A stretch of DNA of 63,865 nucleotides, counting the filler, from Octopus bimaculoides (taxonomy: Eukaryota): NCBI RefSeq assembly GCF_001194135.2. It is 5 parts of 4 records of this genome, joined end to end, with 100 filler letters (N's around TTAATTAATTAA, not from the genome) between each part and the next. Parts side by side here need not be neighbours in the genome. Positions count along the whole stretch, not along the records: positions 1 to 26,357 come from NC_068982.1; 4 more parts are not named here. One strand, 5' to 3'. The notes beneath the pieces were generated by a model, which saw only the letters and a list, made by a program, of their open reading frames with translations, did no database searches and was not told where the DNA came from. Below are positions 1 to 11,944 of the stretch, piece after piece. Both the position numbers and the translations under genes were made by a program. Positions within the stretch are counted from its first letter, which is position 1, and each line of letters begins with the position of its first letter.

Positions 1-37
<37 letters not shown>

Positions 38-183
38 AAAGAGAGAGAGAGAGTAAGAGACGCGCGTACACACACATACAAAGAGAAAGAAAATGTAATT
101 CACAAGATTCTTTATTAATCCCTACGATCGTTTCAACCCATCGTGCATTGGTCTCTCGCGAGTGAGATTCCGTACAAATAGTT

Positions 184-482
184 GTAGTGCATCATTCGGG
201 GAAGATGTGCCTCGTCAGGTGACTTGGCGAAAAGAACCTCGTTCTTTCGCTTATTTCGATGAGAATAAATGTTGGTATTGTCTGTAGCTAGTGGCATACT
301 CCTATAGGTAATAAGATAACTGTTCTTCATTTTAACTCATGTCTTCGCTTGTATGCAGCTAGCTAGATGTAAATGCCAAAATGTATTCTAATCGAAATAA
401 GCAAAACAAAGACTAAGACACAAGGTTCCTTTTGACAAGTCATCTGAGGAGGTACATCTGCATCGAATGATGATGCACCACC
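184..482. repeat. Imperfect inverted repeat (fold-back, MITE-like), ~105-120 bp arms, ~70 bp spacer
   Basis: 184-290 (gtgcatcattcgg..agatgtgcctcgtcaggtgacttggcgaaaagaacct..gcttatttcgatgagaata) aligns by eye to the reverse complement of ~360-482 (gtgcatcatcattcg..agatgtacctcctcagatgacttgtcaaaaggaacct..gcttatttcgattagaata). Confidence 0.8.
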
Positions 483-510
483 ATTATATATGCAGAATGT
501 ATATACATAC

Positions 511-581
<71 letters not shown>

Positions 582-780
582 TGTGTGTGTGTGTGTGTGT
601 TTATCGGTCACTAGATGTCCTTTTTAATTACTGATATGACATAATATGTCACATGTGTTTTTATATTGTTATTATTGTCCTCTTAGTTAAAAAATAAACA
701 GGTAAATTGACATAATACAATGTCTGCAAGTTGATGAATATCACATGTTCCCCTCCATTTTCTTATTGCTATATATATAC

Positions 781-1183
781 AGGCGTGGCTGTGTGGTAAG
801 AAGATTGCTTCCCAACCACATGGTTCCGGATTCAGTCCCACTGCGTGGCACATTTGTCAAGTGTCGTCTACTATAGCCTCAGACTGACCAAAAGCCTTTT
901 GAGCGGATTTGATAGACGGAAGCTGACAGAAGCCCGTCGTATATATATGTCTATATTTATGCGTGTCCTTGTATCTGTGTTTGTCCACCACTGCCACCAT
1001 CGCTTGACAACCGATCTTGGTGTGGTTACTTTGCCCGTAAACTAGCGGTTCGGCAGAAGAGACCGATAGAATAAGTACCAGGCTTCAAAGAATAAGTCCA
1101 GGGGGCGATTTCTTTGACTAAAAGACGGTGTTTCAGCATGGCCCCAGTCAAATGACTGAAACAAGTAAAAGTAAAAGAATATA
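781..1183 (+). mobile_element. tRNA-derived SINE, family D (composite: tRNA-like head, internal TA/TG microsatellite, 3' half)
   Basis: Head ggcgtggctgtgtggtaagaag (A-box-like), ggattcagtccc (B-box-like), then ..gaagcccgtcgtatata and 3' half accatcgcttgacaacc..aaatgactgaaacaagtaaaag. Same order at 57681-58122. Confidence 0.85.
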
Positions 1184-2500
1184 TAAATATCGGAAACGAT
1201 GAATATCGAAGCAAATAAAGCTATAAATAGTATTGTCTATATATTGGGTTAAAATCCTTTTGGATAGAATTTATCGAAGGTTGTCCATTTGCAGGAGTTG
1301 AGGGTTCGAGCCTGCAGGATAGTTTTCTACGTTTTTATCGCTACATTTACTTCGAAATTCGTCAGTTCTATAAAGAACTTATTTCATTTTCACAAAAATT
1401 CTAAATTCTCATGACATCCAAACAAACATGTATGTATGTATGTATGTATGTATGTATGTATTATGTATGAATATATGTATCTATATCAATCTGTATATCT
1501 TACTTAATACGGTTATACTAAGCCACAATACTGTGGTATCCGTTTTTAGAAAGTATCTAGTATATATATTAGAGTTCTTAAAAGCATATATATANNNNNN
1601 NNNNNNNNNNNNNNNNNNNNNNNNNNNNNNNNNNNNNNNNNNNNNNNNNNNNNNNNNNNNNNNNNNNNNNNNNNNNNNNNNNNNNNNNNNNNNNNNNNNN
1701 NNNATATACGAGCACACATACGTATACACAAAGAAATCAGAAAACAAACGAAAATGCACATACAAAAGCTAAAATGTACACGCAAATGTATGTGAATGTA
1801 CACAGAAGTAAAATAATTTTAAATGATATTCTTACTTTGGATTGAAAAACAAGTATGTCTTGTCAAGTGGAGACTGGACGGTAAGCAAAAATATTAGCTT
1901 TTAATGTCGGTTGTTTGTTAACAGTGCCACTACTTACCGAACAGAAGTTCGTATGATAGAAATGTTTCAAAGATTTCATACTAAGCCGACAATGGTTCCT
2001 GACAGAATCCAATTTCTTGCGTTTGTCCGTTCAATGAAACATAAGTTGTGAGAGGAGCCTCACCGTAATTTTATTGGAAAACAAAAAAGATTTTCAAGAG
2101 ACATAGAACTGCAGACACGCATAAAGCATGTGTTTGTTAATACATGCATTATAAGTATTAGTATACACATAGAAACGAATATATGTACATGTGTGTATGT
2201 ATATATATTTATACATACGTACACCTGTACATCTTTGTTACTCGTATATACATACGTACATATATACACGCGTCCGCGCACGCACACACACACACACACA
2301 CACGCATACATATAGTGCGTTATTTCTGTTATTGGTGGGCTCAACAAAGAAGGTCTCCATCCAGTAGGAAATAAATATCACTTAATATACAGACCATTTA
2401 CATGCGAACCACTATAGCTTTCATGCTTCTGATAATACAATTATCCGACATGCTTATATAGAGTGAAACTTCCAGTAGCTCGCATTCAAAACTAACGTTT

Positions 2501-2542
2501 CCTATCATAAACCGAATATATATATATTCGGTTTATGATAGG
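2501..2542. repeat. Perfect 42-bp palindrome centred on (TA)n
   Basis: cctatcataaaccgaat-atatatat-attcggtttatgatagg, checked base by base. Confidence 0.95.
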
Positions 2543-2790
2543 TTCTTTAGAGGCCCGAGTTTAAGTCTAATGAAACGTCTAGGAACTTCACTATTCTGTG
2601 CTAATCACAATCATTGTAATGGATGGTCCGAATATCTTTAAATTATCTCCTTATATCTTTCAAATTCTACATTATCACGCCTCTTATTAGATTTAAATAC
2701 AGGCCTCTGTAGATCTTATCATCGTCCAAACCATCCTCGTGCAGTGATCAAATTCATGATTAGGAGCATCTCATATAGAACCTGGCAACT
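2511..2790 (-). mobile_element. Penelope-like RT fragment (degraded)
   Basis: Minus-strand translation RIVKFLDVSLDLNSGL*RTYHKPN, with an upstream HEDGL remnant, matches the PLE RT pattern YRDDGL..VNFLDVTL.L..G...Y.KPN. Confidence 0.65.
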
Positions 2791-2834
2791 CTTTGAGATA
2801 TATATATATATGACATACATACATACATACATAG

Positions 2835-3300
2835 TGCACAGTTGTGGAAATTAGCTGCCCAGCGGATGTTAACATAAAGCTATGTTGAACTATAGGGAAA
2901 TCTGCAGTTATTCTATCCAGATTACAACTTCACGTTCATAACTGCAATTATTGGAGCCCTAAATACCAATCTTGAGAAATTAGGCTTCTCGAAACCAGGA
3001 AGTAGAAAGCTAATTCGAAGTCTACTGATCCAGTCCATCATTGGAACTGTAAAATCTGTAAAATTTTCCAGATGTTTATCATTTAAATATATATGAGCTT
3101 GTCTAGATATGCAACTATATGCATGAGAATACATACATAAAACTTACAAATCTGTACATGTACATACATATATACATACATACATACATACATACATGCC
3201 GTTGAAATTCCAATGAAGGAGCCTTGGATCTAGGTTACAAACCGGTCCTTTCTCTATTGGCTAGAAATCTTGAAATAGACTGAAAGATTCATGCATACAA
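2835..3300 (+). mobile_element. RLE-type non-LTR retrotransposon 3' end, family A, between (CATA)n tracts
   Basis: VVEISCPADVNIKL..LQLFYPDYNFTFITAIIGAL..NLEKLGFSKPGSRKLIRSLLIQSIIGTVK is the C-terminal restriction-like endonuclease region (R4-like). (CATA)n lies at 2812-2832 and 3130-3335. Confidence 0.8.
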
Positions 3301-3436
3301 AGATACATACATACATACGAACATTCATACATACACATGTCTGTCTGCGTGTGTGTCTCCATGATTATAATTATAAATGTGAAACACTCATGTACAAGTC
3401 TACTTATTTCATAATGCATGTATGTGTGTGCGTATA

Positions 3437-3493
<57 letters not shown>

Positions 3494-4383
3494 NNNNNNN
3501 NNNNNNNNNNNNNNNNNNNNNNNNNNNNNNNNNNNNNNNNNNNNNNNNNNNNNNNNNNNNNNNNNNNNNNNNNNNNNNNNNNNNNNNNNNNNNNNNNNNN
3601 NNNNNNNNNNNNNNNNNNNNNNNNNNNNNNNNNNNNNNNNNNNNNNNNNNNNNNNNNNNNNNNNNNNNNNNNNNNNNNNNNNNNNNNNNNNNNNNNNNNN
3701 NNNNNNNNNNNNNNNNNNNNNNNNNNNNNNNNNNNNNNNNNNNNNNNNNNNNNNNNNNNNNNNNNNNNNNNNNNNNNNNNNNNNNNNNNNNNNNNNNNNN
3801 NNNNNNNNNNNNNNNNNNNNNNNNNNNNNNNNNNNNNNNNNNNNNNNNNNNNNNNNNNNNNNNNNNNNNNNNNNNNNNNNNNNNNNNNNNNNNNNNNNNN
3901 NNNNNNNNNNNNNNNNNNNNNNNNNNNNNNNNNNNNNNNNNNNNNNNNNNNNNNNNNNNNNNNNNNNNNNNNNNNNNNNNNNNNNNNNNNNNNNNNNNNN
4001 NNNNNNNNNNNNNNNNNNNNNNNNNNNNNNNNNNNNNNNNNNNNNNNNNNNNNNNNNNNNNNNNNNNNNNNNNNNNNNNNNNNNNNNNNNNNNNNNNNNN
4101 NNNNNNNNNNNNNNNNNNNNNNNNNNNNNNNNNNNNNNNNNNNNNNNNNNNNNNNNNNNNNNNNNNNNNNNNNNNNNNNNNNNNNNNNNNNNNNNNNNNN
4201 NNNNNNNNNNNNNNNNNNNNNNNNNNNNNNNNNNNNNNNNNNNNNNNNNNNNNNNNNNNNNNNNNNNNNNNNNNNNNNNNNNNNNNNNNNNNNNNNNNNN
4301 NNNNNNNNNNNNNNNNNNNNNNNNNNNNNNNNNNNNNNNNNNNNNNNNNNNNNNNNNNNNNNNNNNNNNNNNNNNNNNNNNNN

Positions 4384-4536
4384 AGAAAATTGCACTACTG
4401 GGTACTGCACACATCCTACGCAAAACACTTTCAATACAGTAAACATAAGAGCACCACAGCAAACCACAGCACATACCCAAGGCGCACAGAGCTGCGCTCG
4501 GTAGTGAAGTGAAAGCACGTTATAAAAATAAAACTA

Positions 4537-4541
<5 letters not shown>
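4384..4541 (+). mobile_element. R4/Dong-like retrotransposon 3' end followed by (TAA)n
   Basis: KIALLGTAHILRKTLSIQ* (stop 4440-4442) is the R4/Dong C-terminus. A short 3' UTR runs into (TAA)n at 4541-4623. The 5' part is hidden in the N gap. Confidence 0.8.
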
Positions 4542-4625
<84 letters not shown>

Positions 4626-4739
4626 CAGCAATAATAAATAAATAAATACAAACATGCAACTATTTTTGATCACCCATATTGTCTGAATTAGATTTCTAAA
4701 TATGATTCCTAAACAGACTGTCGAGTGGATAGAATAGAA

Positions 4740-5041
4740 CAGTGTTTCCCAACTCATTTTTCCCCAGGTCCCCCTATAACTTTCCAGGAAAATGTATGCC
4801 CCACGGTGTTTCAAAAAAAAATCTTCGTTTTTAATATCTTATCACAACTACTTACTACAAAAGAATCTACCAGTAACTCTTTTATTAAGTACAGAATACA
4901 AAAAAGGTATATTACTTCAAAAAAAAATTTTCACAACTCCATGTCCCACTAAAAAAAACAAAACAATTCTGGATCCCACGCCCCACCACAATTTTCCCAG
5001 AACTCACCGGTGTGGCGTATATCCCACGTTGAGAATCACTG
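4740..5041. mobile_element. Non-autonomous hAT (Charlie/Buster-type) MITE
   Basis: TIRs CAGTGTTTCCCAAC and GTTGAGAATCACTG (12/14 match). Flanks gaaTAgaa and agaTAgaa resemble an 8-bp NNNTANNN TSD. Confidence 0.75.
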
Positions 5042-5441
5042 AGATAGAATGTTAAGCAAAAGCTAAAGTCTAGTTTGTTTGGTATTATGCACTTCTGTAT
5101 GACTAGTCTCCCCGTGGGCTTGCAACTGTTTTAACAGAGGCTAATTGGCAGAAATTGTGTAGTAGGCCTAAATTGCTCGCTAGACCTAATTTGTGTGATA
5201 AATTCATCTAACGCATAGTTAGTTTAACATCACCACATTGGGTGTCTTTGAAAGTTCCATTCCATTGCAAACATTTATAAACATGATCTCCGATCTGAGA
5301 ATGACTCGATACTTTGGTGCTTTGCTTCATTCTTCACCTTCCTGCACGAGGTGTCACTGTTTTTAGGATAATACAGCCGGAAAGAATTCTCCACTCAAAG
5401 ATGTGCTGCTAGGTCCGATAGGGACCTGCATATCAATATAT

Positions 5442-5584
5442 ACGACGGCCTTCTTTCAATTTCCGTCTATCAAGTTCACACACAAGGCTTTAGTCGACTC
5501 TGGACTATAGCAGAAGACACTTACCCAAGGTGCTACACAGAGGGATTGAACCTGGAACAAAGTGATTTACCACAGAGACACGCC
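5442..5584 (-). mobile_element. SINE family D, 5' half
   Basis: Reverse complement of the 781-945 head (acgacggccttctttcaatttccgtctatc..accacagagacacgcc). Confidence 0.8.
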
Positions 5585-6110
5585 GGCGCTTGTAAATTTT
5601 CGAAATATTTCGCGTAGCTCCAAATAAATCTGTGTTCCTGTCACTTCAACTTGCAAGAATTGAGTTACGTATTATGAGAATGGCATCATAAAAATTACTT
5701 CGCTCAAAAATACGGAATAAAGTAACAAGAACTAAATATATACGATAGTTGTCTTCAAAAGTTCATGTCATGCATGATCGTACGTGTGCGATATGGCGTA
5801 CATGCGGCATGTCAACGTACATACATACAGGCAGACAGATAGATATAGATATTGGATATGTATATAGATATTGGATATATATATATATATATNNNNNNNN
5901 NNNNNNNNNNNNNNNNNNNNNNNNNNNNNNNNNNNNNNNNNNNNNNNNNNNNNNNNNNNNNNNNNNNNNNNNNNNNNNNNNNNNNNNNNNNNNNNNNNNN
6001 NNNNNNNNNNNNNNNNNNNNNNNNNNNNNNNNNNNNNNNNNNNNNNNNNNNNNNNNNNNNNNNNNNNNNNNNNNNNNNNNNNNNNNNNNNNNNNNNNNNT
6101 ATATATATAA

Positions 6111-6854
6111 GACAGTAGAAGTACAGGTGTCAATACATTACGGCCACTTCTAACGACCCCTTTAATTGATAAATGAAAATGTAAACATTACATCATTGTA
6201 AAGAAACTGTTTCCGTCAGATGAATTCATGAACTTTAAAATAAAAGACATTCACAATGGTTTAACATAGTTTAAAATCCACGGAGCAAAAACATTTACAA
6301 TGATTCTGCTACTATTTCAGTTGGCAGAATGGATTTACCAGAATAGAGTATATTGATCAGAACAGAGAAATTTAGGGGCTAGTAGAGTCTTTAGGAGGGG
6401 GAAGGGGTGATTGATTCCAGTGACCCAATTATCTATACTGTTAACAAGAAGTAGGTGTTGACTTGACCACAAATCATTTTCTTACCACTGACCAGTAGGC
6501 ATTAAACAACTCTTTAATAGATAACTCTAGACTATTGGAGCCACGCCCTCTTCTCTTGTTAGAAGTATAGATAATTGGGTCACTGGAGTCAATTATCCCG
6601 TCCTCTCCTAAAAACTCTACTAACCACTAAATTAGTGATCCATTCTGCAAACTGAAACAGTAGCAGAATCACTGTAAATGTTTTTGCTCCGTGGATTTTA
6701 AACTGTTAAATCATTCTAAATACTCTTTATTTTAAAAATTCATGATTTCATCTGACGAAAACAGTTTCTACACAATAGCGTAATGTTTTCATTAATCAAT
6801 TAAAGGAGTCGTTAGAATCGGCCATAATGGAATGATAACTGTACGTCTACTGTC
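6111..6854. mobile_element. Long fold-back element, ~350-bp imperfect arms, ~70-bp spacer
   Basis: 6111-6470 aligns throughout with the reverse complement of 6541-6854 (e.g. aaaatccacggagcaaaaacatttaca / tgtaaatgtttttgctccgtggatttt; ccagtgacccaattatctatact / agtatagataattgggtcactgg). Confidence 0.85.
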
Positions 6855-7109
6855 ACTCATTTATATTTTATTCACTTGTCTCGGAATTTGCCCTTCTTAA
6901 ATATTATGGACCGTATATTTAATATAATGTACATGTCTGAATAGCTCAAGAGCGGATTTCTTCATTCAACTAGGTCTAATTGTCTACATACAGTGCAAGA
7001 ATATTATTCGGCCGGTACTTATGTACCAAATTTCATATTTATTTAATACTGTTGTGTGTATATTATTCCGACCAAACGAGGTGCCTTAATTTAAGTACCT
7101 AATTCAACT

Positions 7110-7262
7110 GAATCTTACTTTGTTTCCTCGTGTTCCTTTCTGCTGAAGAGCGTAGGCTCGAAACGTAAAATATTTTCTCACCTTTCCGTGCGTCAAACTA
7201 ATACACCTGATTGTTGTTTATACACCTGTCTGCATCTTTTGTTTTTCTGTTAATTTCATCTA
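7110..7262 (+). mobile_element. PLE pseudo-LTR-like fragment with hammerhead-like motif (7136-7170)
   Basis: CTGCTGA-A-GAGC(gtag)GCTC-GAAAC-GTA, then ~90 nt ending at a TG microsatellite. Confidence 0.55.
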
Positions 7263-7279
7263 TATATGTGTGTACGTGC

Positions 7280-7337
<58 letters not shown>

Positions 7338-9009
7338 NNNNNNNNNNNNNNNNNNNNNNNNNNNNNNNNNNNNNNNNNNNNNNNNNNNNNNNNNNNNNNN
7401 NNNNNNNNNNNNNNNNNNNNNNNNNNNNNNNNNNNNNNNNNNNNNNNNNNNNNNNNNNNNNNNNNNNNNNNNNNNNNNNNNNNNNNNNNNNNNNNNNNNN
7501 NNNNNNNNNNNNNNNNNNNNNNNNNNNNNNNNNNNNNNNNNNNNNNNNNNNNNNNNNNNNNNNNNNNNNNNNNNNNNNNNNNNNNNNNNNNNNNNNNNNN
7601 NNNNNNNNNNNNNNNNNNNNNNNNNNNNNNNNNNNNNNNNNNNNNNNNNNNNNNNNNNNNNNNNNNNNNNNNNNNNNNNNNNNNNNNNNNNNNNNNNNNN
7701 NNNNNNNNNNNNNNNNNNNNNNNNNNNNNNNNNNNNNNNNNNNNNNNNNNNNNNNNNNNNNNNNNNNNNNNNNNNNNNNNNNNNNNNNNNNNNNNNNNNN
7801 NNNNNNNNNNNNNNNNNNNNNNNNNNNNNNNNNNNNNNNNNNNNNNNNNNNNNNNNNNNNNNNNNNNNNNNNNNNNNNNNNNNNNNNNNNNNNNNNNNNN
7901 NNNNNNNNNNNNNNNNNNNNNNNNNNNNNNNNNNNNNNNNNNNNNNNNNNNNNNNNNNNNNNNNNNNNNNNNNNNNNNNNNNNNNNNNNNNNNNNNNNNN
8001 NNNNNNNNNNNNNNNNNNNNNNNNNNNNNNNNNNNNNNNNNNNNNNNNNNNNNNNNNNNNNNNNNNNNNNNNNNNNNNNNNNNNNNNNNNNNNNNNNNNN
8101 NNNNNNNNNNNNNNNNNNNNNNNNNNNNNNNNNNNNNNNNNNNNNNNNNNNNNNNNNNNNNNNNNNNNNNNNNNNNNNNNNNNNNNNNNNNNNNNNNNNN
8201 NNNNNNNNNNNNNNNNNNNNNNNNNNNNNNNNNNNNNNNNNNNNNNNNNNNNNNNNATATATATGTGCATATATATATATATAGTATGTATGTATGTATG
8301 TATTCATGTATGGCTAAGTGTATGCCTGTTTTAGCAATTGCACATATGTATATACAGACGTATTTCATACATAAATAAATATATGAAATGCTTTCTTATT
8401 TAAAAAAAAATGCAGTTCCTTTCCGTTTCAAAGTACGTATATGTTATTTGCGTTTGAATGTATATAAATTATTCTACGAATATATGTGTATTTGTGTATT
8501 AGTGCATTAATGCTAAAATGCATTCATGCATGTGCGTATTTGTTTTCTAACGAAGAATTACTAAGGCGTGTCAATGTTTACATTGGATAACCGTTTCCGC
8601 AAACAGTAAACATTGAAAATATCTCAGTAGAAACAATCACAACAGTACAAACATGTAGTTTTGCTGAGTTACAACGGCATCAGTCTCTAATAACGCTATC
8701 ACTACATCAGTTGAACACTCTCTGTGGAGCTAAATAGCACAGATTTCTAAGTAAACATATCAAAGTCTTAAGCAGTGTATATGTGTTGTTGTTTTTCGTT
8801 CTCTAGTTTCCATTTACATTGATAGTTGATGTTTTGCAAATTCCATGTCTGTGTATGTTTGTGTGAGTGCGTGCGTGTGTGTGTTTGTATGTGTGTGTGG
8901 GGGGCTGTATGTGTGTGTGTGTGTAAGTATATGCGCCCACACATATATATGTATAGGTATATGTACTTATAAATATATATGTATATACATTCACATGCAC
9001 ATATATAAA

Positions 9010-9470
9010 ACAAAATTTAACGAATTCAAAGCTGCTGTGGTGACGACATCACTTTGTGAATGTGAAACCTGGACAGTTTATCAAAGACATGCAAAAAAAG
9101 TTTAATCGTTTTCATCTAACATGACTGCGACAAATTTATCAGCACCGAGAGGCAGGATAAAATTCCTAATTACTACTGTGTAAGAGAAAGCTAATATGTC
9201 TATCATGTATGCTTTCCTAAATAAATCCCAGCTGCAGTAGTGTGCACATGTAGCAAGCATGTTAGATTCCTGACACCCTAAAAAGATTTTCTTCGGTGAA
9301 CTAGCAGTTGGCTCTCGGTCGCGTGGTGAACTGGACCAAAGAGAAGATACGAAGTCACTCGAAAGACGAACTTAAAAATATGTAACTCAGATCAATCTAC
9401 ATCTTGCTCAAGATCGCTCGCTCACTGTGGCGAAATATTCTGTTCGCTGGAATAAAACACTCAGAATAAT
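9010..9470 (+). mobile_element. RTE-clade LINE, RT C-terminal region, degraded
   Basis: AAVVTTSLCECETWTVYQRHAKK/FNRFHLT*LRQI..QLQ*CAHVASMLDS*HPKKIFFGELAVGSRSRG, with frameshifts, matches the RTE pattern LLYG.ETWT.Y.RH..QLRW.GHV.RM...R.PK..F.GEL. Confidence 0.85.
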
Positions 9471-9722
9471 TAAAGGAGGGATGCAAGTGCCCCAGCGGGC
9501 TCCGACTATGCTATTGTTATTGTAAATTTTATGACAATATTGGTCTAATAAGTCAGCTCAAAACCCAGAAATAGTAAAGCTGCTAATATGATCATCTTCA
9601 GAAACCTGTAAGTCGAGCATCATATGCATGTATGTATGTATGTATGTATGTATGTATGTATATATGTATGCATGTAGGCATGTATGCATGTATGCATGTA
9701 TGCATGTATGTATGTATGTGTA

Positions 9723-10025
9723 GTCATAAAGCAAGACCGATGATTGACTACCAGGCCGCTGGTGATGATGCTACACACCATACTAATCATGTCTGTCGGG
9801 CATGTGGAAGGGAGTGTGATTCAGCAGGAGGACTTAAACGACACGCAAAGGTACATGGAGCCCAATTACAACAACAGCCAGCTATTGCCACTAAAGGTCT
9901 TGGATGCCAACTCTGTGCAAGACATTGTAGATCTTTGGCTGGGCTAAAAAGTCACATTCGATCGCAGCACCGTTAAGTTAAGCTTCATGCAATGGCCATA
10001 CTCGATAACGAGGGGGCAGCCATCA
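9723..10025 (+). mobile_element. RTE-type LINE 3' end with two C2H2 fingers, flanked by (TATG)n
   Basis: CRACGRECDSAGGLKRHAKVH (9794-9856) and CQLCARHCRSLAGLKSHIRSQH (9905-9970), stop at 9974-9976, short 3' UTR ending in (ATGT)n. No TGEKP linker. Confidence 0.7.
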
Positions 10026-10056
10026 TATGTATGTATGTATGTACGTATGTATGTAT

Positions 10057-10200
10057 AGGCGCAGGCGTGGCTCTATGGTAAGAAGCTTACTTCTCAACCA
10101 CGTGGTACCTTAGGTAAGTGTCATCTACTATAGACTCGGACCGACCAAAGCTTTGTGAGTGGATTTGGTAGGCGGAAACTAAAAGAAGCCTATCGTATAT
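10057..10200 (+). mobile_element. SINE family D, 5' half
   Basis: ggcgcaggcgtggctctatggtaagaagcttac..aaagaagcctatcgtata, then (TG)n. Confidence 0.8.
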
Positions 10201-10220
10201 ATGTGTGCATGTGTGTGAGT

Positions 10221-10273
<53 letters not shown>

Positions 10274-11489
10274 TCGTTGTTCGGATGCTCCCTCCCTGTT
10301 CATTCATTCAAAGTTCTAATCCGGCAAACAAAGAAGAGAGGAAGTTATTAAACCGGAGACCAGTTCATATACTTTATTCAGACTTAGCACCTGTGAAAGC
10401 ACCGTAGGATAAGACGATGGTGTTGAACCGAGAGGTGAATTAAGTCTATCTTCCATAACAAGTCAGAATGTAAAGAGTAGAAAAACATATCGCAAAGCAT
10501 CTCGTCTGATGTTTAACAATTCCCCTAATCCACAACCTTTGGGCTTTATTTTTATCTACTCCTTTAGGATGAAATGCAAAATTAACTTCTGCGAGATTTG
10601 AACTCAAAACGCACAACCGGAAGAAATACTGACATTTTGTTCAATGCTCTAACGACTTTGCCAATTCACCTCTTTCTCTCTCTCTCTCTCTTTCTTCCTT
10701 TCTTCTTTTCTTTATTTCGTTCTTTCTTTCATTCTCTTTCACGTCTTGCGTGTGCTACTTGTATATGTATATCTCGGTGTAAAACAAGCTGTTGAGCTTT
10801 GTATTTATCCGTCAAAATGTAACTGAGCCATACGACAGAGTTCGATAAAATACAGAAAATTCTAAAATTAGAATTTGTAATGGTATGATTTACTTCACAT
10901 ATCTTAACGATTATGGCTACCTCATCATTGCAGTAGTCAAATGACCGAAATCATCATTGGCTCCTCTGTACATATGCAAATACACAAAGTGCAGTTGTAT
11001 GCGCATGTCTCTACTCATATATGTATGTTTGTACTGAGGTACGAGCTGCTGTCGAAGTAAATAGGAGGACACGCGTAGATACAAAGCAATGCATGTGTTT
11101 GTGTATGACATTAACCTCCCCGATGTATTAATTATATTTACATTACATTTCTGACAGTGAAAGCTAGTTTTTCATTAACCAAGAATTGTATTTGTTTAAT
11201 ATTAGTTCGTAGTATATACATGTATGTGCGGATTATGGGTGCGTGTGTGTGTGTATGCGCGTATATGTGTGTGTGTGTAGGTGCGATTGATGGGTTTATT
11301 TATGTAATATATGTATGTACATACATACATGCATATATATATACATCTGTGTGTGTGTGTATTATGTGGAGCTGGTTTCTAACAGATACAAAATTCTATC
11401 AATGGAATTCAAATAACGAAAACAAATTCACATTGAGAAAAATTTGGCATATTTTTAGTGTTTCACTTACAGATTGTATGTATATGTAT

Positions 11490-11893
11490 GTTTTTCCTTC
11501 GAGTTCTTCAAGAGAGACTTCAAACCGGTTGCTAACAAAGCAAAAAAGCCTTTTGAGTTAAGACAGTTCCCGGTGTTTTTAAATATGTGGTTGAGTTGGT
11601 GTGTTGGTTGAACTGTCCATGCATACACCCATGGGTGTGCGTCTATTCACATAAAAATCTCAGATGGAGAATCTTTGGAATGTCGTGCAAATTTTCACTG
11701 TGCCACAAATAGATTGGATTTGGAGAATCCGCATCAATTTCTTTTGCCCTTTCTCCGTGAAACCGAGCATTTCTAGCTTTTTTGTTTTTTTTTTTCTTTT
11801 GATATTTGTTGGTACATAACCTAATGCACCTCTGATGATAGGTGCAAATGAAAATTCATAGTCAGGGTACAAGAGCTGTAAGTTCTGCATTAG
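11490..11893 (-). mobile_element. RLE retrotransposon family A 3' end
   Basis: MQNLQLLYPDYEFSFAPIIRGALGYVP..LEMLGFTEKGQKKLMRILQIQSICGTVKICTTFQRFSI*. The 5' junction abuts (CATA)n on the element strand. Confidence 0.85.
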
Positions 11894-11944
11894 TATGTAT
11901 GTATGTATGTATGTATGTATGCGTGTGTATGCATGCATACGTGT

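Noticed and set aside
3205-3250. Hammerhead-like ccaatga..agcct/aggtt..caaac-cg-gtc in the family A 3' UTR
   Set aside because: Both conserved core segments are mismatched and stem I is weak; not supportable from this copy alone.
3291-8378. ORFs of 300-380 aa (also at 12.4-13.3, 38.9-40.0, 52.5-53.5 and 56.2-57.0 kb)
   Set aside because: They are open only because they run through N gaps and dinucleotide repeats.
9794-9970. Host C2H2 zinc-finger gene
   Set aside because: No TGEKP linkers or splice context; it ends with a LINE-type UTR and microsatellite tail next to an RTE RT fragment.
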